The notes under the pieces were generated by a model. That model made no database searches, was not told the origin of the DNA, and was given only the letters and a program-made list of their open reading frames with translations. A stretch of 64,000 nt of DNA from the NCBI GenBank assembly GCA_016195685.1, contig JACPZE010000044.1, forward strand, positions 633 to 64,632. Reading direction: 5' to 3'. This document shows, one piece after another, positions 9,614-17,246 of the stretch (position 1 is its first letter; each line of letters starts with the position of its first letter). Source of the DNA: Candidatus Gottesmanbacteria bacterium (GTDB lineage: Bacteria > Patescibacteriota > Microgenomatia > 2-02-FULL-39-11). The position numbers and the translations under genes were made by a program.

Positions 9614-11295
9614 GATGATTCTACCTTTGTGACTCTTAGTACTTCTTCGATAGTGGTTGTCCCTTTGGCTACTTTTTGCAATCCGTCATCAAGCATGGTG
9701 GTCATGCCTTCTTGTATTGCGGCTCTAGCAATGACATCAGCGTCATTTTTCTCTGTGATAAGTTTTCTTATGTTTTTGGTGACTTCCAATACTTCAAATA
9801 CACCAATTCTTCCGGCATACCCAATATTGTGGCAAATTTTACAGCCCTTTCCTACATAAGTTTTTATTTCTACTGCCTCACCAAAATTTTTCTTTATGAT
9901 CTCGGAAGGGATATGTTTAGCTAGTTCTCCCGCTGTGATTGCTACTGATGTTTTGCACAGATCACAAATTTTACGGACCAGACGTTGGGCGATAATTACA
10001 TTCACTGTTGAAGCTACCAGGAAAGGTTCGACTTTCATATCGATAAGCCTGGGAAGAGTAGTGGCAGAATCATTGGTGTGAATAGTAGATAAAACCAAAT
10101 GTCCCGTAAGAGCAGCATTTACCGCAATGCCTGCAGTTTCGCTATCCCTTATCTCGCCTACAAAAACTATGTTTGGGTCTTGCCGAAGTATTGATCTAAG
10201 TCCCGAGGCGAATGTGAGATTTGTCTTGGGATTTGTCTGAATCTGGTTTACTCCTTTTATGCGATACTCAACTGGGTCTTCAATGGTTGTGATGTTTTTC
10301 TCTCGGGTGTTTAAAATTTTTAATATCGAATAAATAGAGGTAGTTTTTCCAGAACCTGTTGGACCTGTAGATAGTATCATTCCATAGGATTTCTTGGTAG
10401 CCGCGGTTACTTTTTTCAAGTCTTTTTCCTGCATCCCCAGATCAAGTAATGAAAATTGTCTGAATCGTGAAGAAAGAAGACGAAGTACGGCTTTTTCACC
10501 GTCAACCATGGGAAGAATTGAAACACGGATGTCCAAATTCTCCTCATCTAATTTCATACGGATTTTACCGTCTTGAGGAGCCATATGCTCATCTGTTCTC
10601 AGTTTAGATAGAACTTTGATTCTACTAATGACCCTTTCATGGAGGTTTTTGGGTAAAAATAATACATCGTGTAGGATACCGTCGATCCGAAACCTCACAA
10701 GTGAATTTCTTTCTTCAGCTTCTATGTGGATGTCTGATGCCTTATCCTGGTAGGCAAAATCTACAAGTAAATCAACGATTTTTGCAATTGGTGCTTCATC
10801 TATCACTAAGCTTCCTGTTTTTGTGATTTCCTCACTAAAGAGCCCTTCATAAGTTTTCTGCAACTCTTTTCTAAAAACATGGAAAGTATTAAAGATATCT
10901 CTTTCTGTAGCTAAATACGGAATAACTTTTTCAGAGGTTTTTTTAGAGATCATCTCCTGGATTTGACTGTTACCGGGGTCAGTCATTGCGAGTTTGATAC
11001 CGTATTCATCACGCGAGAAAGGAATGATTTTTTGTTTTCTGGCGATTTTTTCAGGAATTATTCTTACTACGTCATCGGGTATAGATATTTTAGAAAGGTT
11101 TATGAACGGAAGTTTAAGATAATTTGCTATCAGTTGTCCTAAATTTTCATCCGAAACAATATCCTTTTCTATCAAAGCATCGGCCAGAGTGATGTCTGAA
11201 TTTTTCGCAAATTCCATGACTTCAGCGAGTTTTATCTGAGTGGCAAGATTGTTTTCCAGGATAAGAGACTTTAATTGTTCATCAGAGATGATCAT
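9610..11295 (-). CDS. pilB: Type IV pilus assembly ATPase PilB (GspE family)
   Basis: Walker A GPTGSGKTT, the GspE C-terminal tetracysteine region (CDLC...GCKIC) and an N-terminal GspE_N domain. Confidence 0.92.
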   Translation of the reverse strand: MIISDEQLKSLILENNLATQIKLAEVMEFAKNSDITLADALIEKDIVSDENLGQLIANYLKLPFINLSKISIPDDVVRIIPEKIARKQKIIPFSRDEYGIKLAMTDPGNSQIQEMISKKTSEKVIPYLATERDIFNTFHVFRKELQKTYEGLFSEEITKTGSLVIDEAPIAKIVDLLVDFAYQDKASDIHIEAEERNSLVRFRIDGILHDVLFLPKNLHERVISRIKVLSKLRTDEHMAPQDGKIRMKLDEENLDIRVSILPMVDGEKAVLRLLSSRFRQFSLLDLGMQEKDLKKVTAATKKSYGMILSTGPTGSGKTTSIYSILKILNTREKNITTIEDPVEYRIKGVNQIQTNPKTNLTFASGLRSILRQDPNIVFVGEIRDSETAGIAVNAALTGHLVLSTIHTNDSATTLPRLIDMKVEPFLVASTVNVIIAQRLVRKICDLCKTSVAITAGELAKHIPSEIIKKNFGEAVEIKTYVGKGCKICHNIGYAGRIGVFEVLEVTKNIRKLITEKNDADVIARAAIQEGMTTMLDDGLQKVAKGTTTIEEVLRVTKVESS

Positions 11296-11335
11296 GGGCA
11301 GTTTAATTTAATTTTAGGCTAGTTTCAGGGGAATA

Positions 11336-12574
11336 TCAATCAATAAGACTTGCGACTTTTTGTCCAAGTTCAATTGCGTAGTTGGTGCCTCTGTCCCATG
11401 GGTATACCATGTCCATATTCGCTAGGTAAACGTTTGGGATGGGTGTAATAAAGTCTGGTTTTATCTTTGAGTAGTTTGTGGGGAAAACTGGTTGGGCGAA
11501 AGGACCCATAAATAATTGAGAATTGAGAATTAAGAATTGAGAATTAAGTCGGGGATTGATTTTTTGAAGATAGGGAAGATATAGTTTTAATAACTCATCT
11601 TTGGTCATTTTAAGGTAGGGATGACCTTCTGGGAGATAATTTCCTACCCAAGTAAGGTGTTTTCCGCCATAATGTTTTGCATCCACCAAATTAGTTTGTT
11701 GGATAACTGCAATAAAAGGGAAAGTCCTGTCATTTATATTGAGCCAATATTCCTTTTCAAGTATTTTCTCTTTTGTCACGAGCAGTAGATTTAAAGCGTG
11801 CAAATGTGGAATATTCGTAAGTCTTTCTTTATAATCTTTTGGAAGTTGTGGGTACATTTTTATGAATATTGGGGAGGGTGTAGTGATAATGATCTTGTCA
11901 TAGTCTGTCGTTTTTTTGGTATCAAAAGGAGTAGAAAGTAATATCTTACCCCCGTCTTTTTTAAATTGCTTTTCCATTGCGTCTATCAGAGTTTGGTATC
12001 CGCCTTCCAGGTATCCTAATACTAGAGTGCGTTTTTTTATCCTAGCCCAAAACCAAGCCATGTTTACTACTTTTGCAAACTTTCCGAATTTGCCGAATAG
12101 GAGTGGTTTCCAGACAATCTCATATACTTTTTCACCAAAATATTTTCTCAGCCACTCATGGGCCAGATGTTTTTCTAAATTCTGACCAGAATTCATCGAT
12201 AAAAGTTTCAGAAACAAAGTGATTAGCCCAAGTCTTAGTCGATCTGTAAACGGAAGGGGAGAGAAAAAAAGGATTTGCAGTGGAGAATTAAAAGGGTAGC
12301 TTGTTTCCTGATAATAGATAGAAGTAAGAGTTTTTGGGAAAAGTAACTTTTCGGAAAGTCCCAGTTTTTTAATCAAATTTAAAGCAAAGTAATCATTGGA
12401 AAACCAATGGTGGTAGTGTTTTTCCACATACCAATCTGTACCCGGTAACTTTACCGCCGAAGCTAAGCCGCCTAACTCGCCAGTTGCTTCAAAAAGAGTC
12501 ACTTTATGATTTTGGGAAAGAGAAAGGCCAGCAGAAAGTCCGGTAAATCCTCCTCCCACAATTGTGATTTTCAT
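11336..12574 (-). CDS. FAD/NAD(P)-binding oxidoreductase (amine oxidase / phytoene desaturase-like)
   Basis: MKITIVGGGFTGLSAGL is a Rossmann dinucleotide-binding N-terminus. The track start at 12598 is a GTG inside the upstream repeat element, so the ATG at 12574 is preferred. It contains an in-frame heptamer repeat encoding LNSQFLILNSQL. Confidence 0.7.
   Translation of the reverse strand: MKITIVGGGFTGLSAGLSLSQNHKVTLFEATGELGGLASAVKLPGTDWYVEKHYHHWFSNDYFALNLIKKLGLSEKLLFPKTLTSIYYQETSYPFNSPLQILFFSPLPFTDRLRLGLITLFLKLLSMNSGQNLEKHLAHEWLRKYFGEKVYEIVWKPLLFGKFGKFAKVVNMAWFWARIKKRTLVLGYLEGGYQTLIDAMEKQFKKDGGKILLSTPFDTKKTTDYDKIIITTPSPIFIKMYPQLPKDYKERLTNIPHLHALNLLLVTKEKILEKEYWLNINDRTFPFIAVIQQTNLVDAKHYGGKHLTWVGNYLPEGHPYLKMTKDELLKLYLPYLQKINPRLNSQFLILNSQLFMGPFAQPVFPTNYSKIKPDFITPIPNVYLANMDMVYPWDRGTNYAIELGQKVASLID
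11511..11548. repeat. In-ORF tandem heptamer repeat (aattgag/aattaag)
   Basis: ataattgagaattgagaattaagaattgagaattaagtc, read directly. Confidence 0.6.
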
Positions 12575-12582
12575 ATTTTGAT

Positions 12583-12660
12583 TTACGGGTCCTGCCACTT
12601 AGTATCCCAACGCTACGATACATCTCCGGTTGGGACCCCTCTCTCGTGTCACCCGTTGTA
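12583..12660 (-). repeat. Palindromic 80-95-nt element (RPE-like), copy A, in the 5' UTR immediately upstream of the oxidoreductase start
   Basis: tttACGGGTcctgcc...tatcccaac...gttggga...gtcACCCGTtg has an outer stem ACGGGT/ACCCGT and an inner stem tcccaac/gttggga. It is homologous to copies at 25788, 36281 and 30418. Confidence 0.7.
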
Positions 12661-12685
12661 AATCGATGGAGATATATTATCCAGT

Positions 12686-13129
12686 TTATTGTGTAAATTC
12701 AACTGTGGGACTGTTACTTACACTAGTGTTACTGCCTAAATCAGTAGCAGTCAGTTTCACCGTGCCTGCGGTATTGGAAGTGATGAAAAATTGGGCCATG
12801 CCAAGATTATCTGTGGAAACAGTATCTGCCGGTTTTATGCTAGAAGTAGGTGTGGTCGCCAATTGTACACTCCTCCCAGGAAGAACGCTACCGCCTTCAT
12901 CTCTTATAAAGACTGAAACTTTTATTTGAGTTGGTTTCTTGTCGCTTCCCTCATCTCCGGCAACTCCAATTTGTGGAAATACGATTATAAATGATTTAAG
13001 AGGAGAGGGGTTTACGTTTTTTGCACGCAGAATTTGGTTGGTGGGTTTTTGCAGAGCTACAGTGGCAATACCTGCAAAAAACAGAAGGAAGAAAAAAGAA
13101 GTAAGAGCCAAAAACTTTCTGTCTTTCAT
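12686..13129 (-). CDS. Secreted protein with an Ig-like (Big/invasin-like) beta-sandwich domain
   Basis: Signal peptide MKDRKFLALTSFFFLLFFAGIATVA. The T/S-rich beta pattern VKLTATDLGSNTSVS. Confidence 0.5.
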   Translation of the reverse strand: MKDRKFLALTSFFFLLFFAGIATVALQKPTNQILRAKNVNPSPLKSFIIVFPQIGVAGDEGSDKKPTQIKVSVFIRDEGGSVLPGRSVQLATTPTSSIKPADTVSTDNLGMAQFFITSNTAGTVKLTATDLGSNTSVSNSPTVEFTQ

Positions 13130-13233
13130 GGTTATCTTAGCCTTATTGTGTCATTCTCGCCTAAAATTGTCAAATTTTACAATCGTTTTGATAAGGCTTG
13201 ACAACAAGTTTTATATTTGCCATACTATTTTTG

Positions 13234-13400
13234 CCCTTCGGATAAGGAGAATGCTTAAGAGATTTTTTCCTCTACAACCTCCGAAGTGGGTATCCCGAAT
13301 TTTTCGGGAGATGAGGTTAAAGTATCCACGCACCCGTGGGTGCGGGATCTACCTCCCCATTGTTGCTTCGGGGAAAAATCTTAAGTAGTCTTCCTTTTTT
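13234..13400 (+). ncRNA. Candidate structured small RNA upstream of rho (unknown family)
   Basis: Putative promoter TTGACA(13198)-17nt-CATACT. Closing stem cttaagagattttt/aaaaatcttaag. Internal hairpins tcccgaa-ttttt-cggga and gaggttaaagtATCCaCGCACCCgtgGGGTGCGGGATctacctc. A T-run follows at 13393-13400. No family assignment was possible. Confidence 0.25.
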
Positions 13401-13457
13401 GAGGGGCAATTCAGTTGGCTTTACCCTGAGAAATTTCGAATAGAAATTTTGAAGGGT

Positions 13458-13486
13458 TGACAAATACTATTTTATTTGATTAAATA
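13458..13486 (+). promoter_or_regulatory. Putative sigma70-type promoter for rho
   Basis: TTGACA followed by a 17-nt spacer and TTAAAT, about 60 nt upstream of the rho start. Confidence 0.35.
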
Positions 13487-13547
13487 GGTTACTTAAGTTT
13501 GATTTTCCCCAATTTTTTGTTCAATTAATTTGTTTCCCAGAAAATAA

Positions 13548-15032
13548 ATGACAGTACGAACTAAAGTGATAAAATCTAAAGATATAAGTGTAGAAGATCT
13601 TATAGGAGATCCCAAAGCTTCTGCAAAACAACCTGCCGAAACTTCTGTTACTGGTAAAACAGTGATAGGTATTCCTCGAGTTTCGGGAGGTCCATTACCT
13701 GTACAAACTGTTGCAGCGGTAAATTCAGGAGGTATTTCTACTGCTGGATCAATAACTCAACCTGTAAATGATTTTACTCAAACATTACAGCCTGTTTCGG
13801 TACCTTCACCAGTGGTTAGAGTGGGGGAAACGCGAAGTGTACAAGTTCCACAGGTAATTACTCCTGTGGTTGGCACAAATGGATATCCGAACGTAAATTA
13901 TTCCGACAGATATGCAAATACTCCCACCAAAGCGGTATCTGGATTTTTGGATATTATGCCGGAAGGACATGGTTTTCTTAGGCCAAAATTTATCCCTGGA
14001 GAGGGAGATATATATATTTCCCAATCTCAAATCCGCAAATTTCAACTACGGGAAGGCGACGAAGTATCAGGACAAGCAAGGCTTCCAAAAGAGAATGAAA
14101 GATACCTTGGACTTCTTAAAGTTGAAAAGGTGAATGATAAAGTGGCAGAAGATTCTGTCAAAAGGTTACATTTTGAAGATCTTACTCCTATTTATCCCAA
14201 CAAACAGTTAATACTGGAAACAGGAAAATCTCCATTATCTACCAGGATTATCGATCTTGTTTCCCCAATTGGTTTTGGTCAGCGAGGGATGATCGTATCC
14301 CCTCCCAAAGCCGGTAAAACTACCATTCTGAAAGAAATTGCCCACGGTATTTCGGAGAATTTCCCCAAAGCGCATTTGATGGCGGTTCTTATAGGTGAAA
14401 GGCCTGAAGAAGTCACAGATATCAGTAGGTCAGTGAAGGGTGACGTAATTGCTAGTAACTTTGACGAGGCGCCTGAGTCTCAAACGAGAGTGGCTGAAGT
14501 GGGATTAGACCGCGCAAAAAGATTGGTGGAATTAGGGAAAGACGTAATCATTTTGCTAGATTCCATCACTAGACTGGCCCGGGCTTACAATTTATGTGTG
14601 AACCCCTCAGGGAGGACCCTTTCGGGGGGATTTGATCCGGCAGCTTTGTATCCGGCTAAGAAATTTTTGGGGGCAGCAAGGTGTTGTGAAGCAGGCGGAA
14701 GCTTGACCATTCTGGGAACATCACTTACAGAGACAGGAAGCCGAATGGATGATTTGATTTATGAAGAGTTTAAGGGCACGGGCAATATGGAGTTACACCT
14801 ATCCCGTTTCCTGCAGGAACAAAGAGTTTTCCCGGCAATTGATATAGATAAATCAGGTACAAGACATGAAGAATTACTTTTATCTGCCGATACGCTTAAA
14901 AAAGTGGTCACTCTACGCCATATGCTTTCACTTCTGGGAGAAAATCAGGAGCGCACATCAACTTTGGTTGACCGTCTCTCCAAAACCCGTTCAAACAAAG
15001 AATTCTTGGAAGGATTAGGAAAAGGACAATAA
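13548..15032 (+). CDS. rho: Transcription termination factor Rho (with an N-terminal extension)
   Basis: GQRGMIVSPPKAGKTTILKEIAH Walker A, an RNA-binding OB domain (FIPGEGDIYISQSQIRKFQLREGDEVSG) and a RecA-like core. Confidence 0.9.
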   Translation: MTVRTKVIKSKDISVEDLIGDPKASAKQPAETSVTGKTVIGIPRVSGGPLPVQTVAAVNSGGISTAGSITQPVNDFTQTLQPVSVPSPVVRVGETRSVQVPQVITPVVGTNGYPNVNYSDRYANTPTKAVSGFLDIMPEGHGFLRPKFIPGEGDIYISQSQIRKFQLREGDEVSGQARLPKENERYLGLLKVEKVNDKVAEDSVKRLHFEDLTPIYPNKQLILETGKSPLSTRIIDLVSPIGFGQRGMIVSPPKAGKTTILKEIAHGISENFPKAHLMAVLIGERPEEVTDISRSVKGDVIASNFDEAPESQTRVAEVGLDRAKRLVELGKDVIILLDSITRLARAYNLCVNPSGRTLSGGFDPAALYPAKKFLGAARCCEAGGSLTILGTSLTETGSRMDDLIYEEFKGTGNMELHLSRFLQEQRVFPAIDIDKSGTRHEELLLSADTLKKVVTLRHMLSLLGENQERTSTLVDRLSKTRSNKEFLEGLGKGQ

Positions 15033-15110
15033 TTAATTGTTGATTGCTAATTGTTGATTGTTGATAGAATATTATTCAATTAACAATTGACTATTAACCA
15101 TTAACAATTC
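15031..15110. repeat. Intergenic tandem heptamer repeats (ttgattg/taattg, then ttaacaa-type)
   Basis: taattaattgttgattgctaattgttgattgttgatag...caattaacaattgactattaaccattaacaattc. Confidence 0.6.
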
Positions 15111-15123
15111 TTTTATTTATCTC

Positions 15124-16233
15124 ATGAAAATTTCTCCCAAGTTAGAATTTGTTTTTCATAATATTAAAGACTTCTCCAAAGAAATTTCCGAGTGGCTTCG
15201 TTTTCTTTATTACTATTCTCATAAAAAGTTGACTACAGCAGGACGTCATTTTGAAGGATTAAAGGATATTTTAGTAGATATGTTGCTTGTGAAACGAGGC
15301 AGGTACAGTAAACATTTCTTAAATATTTCATTTTTATTTCTTATTGCGGGAGCTGTAGTTGCTGGTCCGGCAATTGGCGAATACTATCCTACAGTTCAAC
15401 ATGATGCCACTACAGCAGGAGATAATTCTACCTATCTTTTAGCTTCCAATTCACAAGATGAATTATCTACCTCGACAGTAGTTTCAGATAAGCCGCGGTT
15501 TGATATCATCGATTATGAAGTAGTGAAAGGAGATACTTTAGCAGGCGTTGCAGACAAATTCGGTATCTCTATAGATACGATAAGATGGGCAAATACATTA
15601 AAAACAGACAATCTGATTCCAGGGCAAATGCTTCGGATTCCTCCAGTGACAGGTATAGTACAAAAAGTTGGTCCAGGAGACACTATCTATTCGTTAGCCA
15701 AAAAATACAAATCTGATGCTCAAAAAATAGTCAATTTCCCGGCCAATGATTTTGCAGATTTAGACACATTTGCGTTAAATATTGGCCAAATACTTTTTAT
15801 ACCAGATGGAGTTATGCCAGAGGCAGCTCCGGTTTATATAGCTGCCCAAGTCCCACAATTTATTCCCGGTACAGGAGGTAAATTCATGTGGCCAACTCAG
15901 GGAATTATTACTCAATATCCTGTTTCATATCATATGGCTGTAGATATCGCCAATAATGCAGCTCCACCGGTGGCAGCTGGGGACGCTGGTACTGTTTCTT
16001 TTGCCGGATGCATTCGTTATGGGTATGGATGCCATGTGATCATAAATCATGCCGATGGGTATCAGACTTTATACGGCCATCTGCAGTCATATAGTGTGGA
16101 AGCCGGTGATAAAGTGGGCCGCGGCCAAGTTATAGGCAAAATGGGATCAACCGGTAGATCTACGGGTATGCATTTGCACTTCGAAGTCAGGCAAAATGGT
16201 GTACTTCTAAATCCACTGTCATTTCTGAAGTAA
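15124..16233 (+). CDS. LysM-domain M23 family metallopeptidase (cell-wall hydrolase)
   Basis: Two LysM repeats (YEVVKGDTLAGVADKFGIS; VQKVGPGDTIYSLAKKY) and an M23 motif (HMAVDIA...GYGCHVIINH...GSTGRSTGMHLHFE). Confidence 0.85.
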   Translation: MKISPKLEFVFHNIKDFSKEISEWLRFLYYYSHKKLTTAGRHFEGLKDILVDMLLVKRGRYSKHFLNISFLFLIAGAVVAGPAIGEYYPTVQHDATTAGDNSTYLLASNSQDELSTSTVVSDKPRFDIIDYEVVKGDTLAGVADKFGISIDTIRWANTLKTDNLIPGQMLRIPPVTGIVQKVGPGDTIYSLAKKYKSDAQKIVNFPANDFADLDTFALNIGQILFIPDGVMPEAAPVYIAAQVPQFIPGTGGKFMWPTQGIITQYPVSYHMAVDIANNAAPPVAAGDAGTVSFAGCIRYGYGCHVIINHADGYQTLYGHLQSYSVEAGDKVGRGQVIGKMGSTGRSTGMHLHFEVRQNGVLLNPLSFLK

Positions 16234-16236
16234 TTG

Positions 16237-16309
16237 TGGACCCGATCGGACTCGAACCGACCACCTTCGCAATGCGAATGCGACGCTCTACCAGATGAGC
16301 TACGGGCCC
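16237..16309 (-). tRNA. tRNA-Ala (anticodon CGC)
   Basis: Reverse complement folds as GGGCCCG-UA-GCUC-AUCUGGUA-GAGC-G-UCGCA-UUCGCAU-UGCGA-AGGUG-GUCGG-UUCGAGU-CCGAC-CGGGUCC-A. It has a G3:U70 pair; CCA is not encoded. Confidence 0.85.
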
Positions 16310-16414
16310 GTGTTCAGAATTACAATAAGGAACACCACTTTATCTGTTAAATTATACACTATCTTAATTCCATAAACCATTGTACATGTAATTGGACTAT
16401 GGTACGATAAATTA

Positions 16415-17110
16415 ATGAGATATAAAAATAATATTATTGCAAAAGCTAAAAAATTAAGAATGAGAGGTAAGACCTATACCGAAATTAAAAAGTATTTTAA
16501 ATTATCAATTCCCAAAAGTACCCTAGTTAGTTGGTTTAGAGATATAAAATTACCTAGGAATTATCCAGAGCGAATACGGAAATTAAACTTGGAGAATTTA
16601 AAAAAAGCAAGATTATTGCACATAAAAAAGAGTTTTGAGAGGAGAAAGAAATTACTAAAAACATATAAAGAAAAGAATAATGGTTTGATTAAAAAAGCGT
16701 CTGAAGTGGGCTATGCAAAAATTGGATTATCGATGCTCTGGTTAGGGGAAGGATCAAAGCAAAGAGGAGTTTTTAGAGTAGGCAGCTCAGATCCTAGAAT
16801 AGTTAAATTATTTTTGTGGTTTATTAAAAAATGTTACCAATTTGACTTATCAAAGGTCAGATGTACTCTGCAATGTAGAGCAGATCAAAATATACCTGAG
16901 CTAGAAAAATATTGGATAAATATTACAAATATTCCCAAAAGATTATTTTACAAAGCAAGAATTGATCCGAGGACAATTGGTAAACAAACAATTAATAAAG
17001 AATATAAAGGTGTATTAAGAGTAGATTATTTTGACGTTAAAATTCAGGACGAAATGGCAGTCATAGCTGATATGTTATATAATCAAACTTTACCAGGGCC
17101 CGAAGTTTAA
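16415..17110 (+). CDS. Hypothetical HTH-domain protein, possibly a degenerate LAGLIDADG-like C-terminal domain
   Basis: N-terminal resolvase/IS30-type HTH (RMRGKTYTEIKKYFKLSIPKSTLVSWFRDI). The C-terminal LSMLWLGEGSK...VFRV is a weak LAGLIDADG-like pattern. The ORF 3' end overlaps the downstream tRNA by 15 nt. Confidence 0.45.
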   Translation: MRYKNNIIAKAKKLRMRGKTYTEIKKYFKLSIPKSTLVSWFRDIKLPRNYPERIRKLNLENLKKARLLHIKKSFERRKKLLKTYKEKNNGLIKKASEVGYAKIGLSMLWLGEGSKQRGVFRVGSSDPRIVKLFLWFIKKCYQFDLSKVRCTLQCRADQNIPELEKYWINITNIPKRLFYKARIDPRTIGKQTINKEYKGVLRVDYFDVKIQDEMAVIADMLYNQTLPGPEV

Positions 17111-17168
17111 AAGGTTGAACATCTCGATGGCATCGAGAAGGCAAGGGGTTCGATTCCCCTCGGGTCCA
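17096..17168 (+). tRNA. tRNA-Ala (anticodon GGC), atypical A8
   Basis: Folds as GGGCCCG-AA-GUUU-AAAAGGUU-GAAC-A-UCUCG-AUGGCAU-CGAGA-AGGCA-AGGGG-UUCGAUU-CCCCU-CGGGUCC-A. It has a G3:U70 pair. Position 8 is A rather than the conserved U. Confidence 0.7.
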
Positions 17169-17246
17169 CAAATTAAAATGCGAGCTGTTGTAATGGATTC
17201 ATTTTCACTATGATTCAAAAAAAGGAGGTTCCCCAAGTCCTCTCTC

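Noticed and set aside
12598-12598. Track start codon of the oxidoreductase at 12598
   Set aside because: The codon is GTG and lies inside the palindromic element. The downstream ATG (12574) gives the canonical MKITIVGGGFTG Rossmann N-terminus.
13285-13350. The region upstream of rho as SRP RNA, RNase P RNA or 6S RNA
   Set aside because: No GNRA-capped domain IV motif (SRP). It is far too short and lacks the CR-I/CR-IV/CR-V motifs (RNase P). The architecture is not the single long bubble-hairpin of 6S. It is left as an unassigned candidate.
12630-13388. ORFs 12630..12929(+) and 12939..13388(+)
   Set aside because: The first is antisense to a supported secreted-protein gene and overlaps the palindromic element. 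The second lies over the structured non-coding region upstream of rho, and has no RBS or recognisable protein features.
16237-17176. The tRNA-like T-arm/acceptor with G3:U70 at 17140-17168 might be the 3' domain of a tmRNA (ssrA)
   Set aside because: A matching 5' acceptor strand (GGGCCCG) lies only 73 nt upstream. The intervening sequence folds into a full cloverleaf with a 7-nt anticodon loop (anticodon GGC). No tag-peptide frame or tmRNA pseudoknots are evident. It is therefore called tRNA-Ala(GGC).
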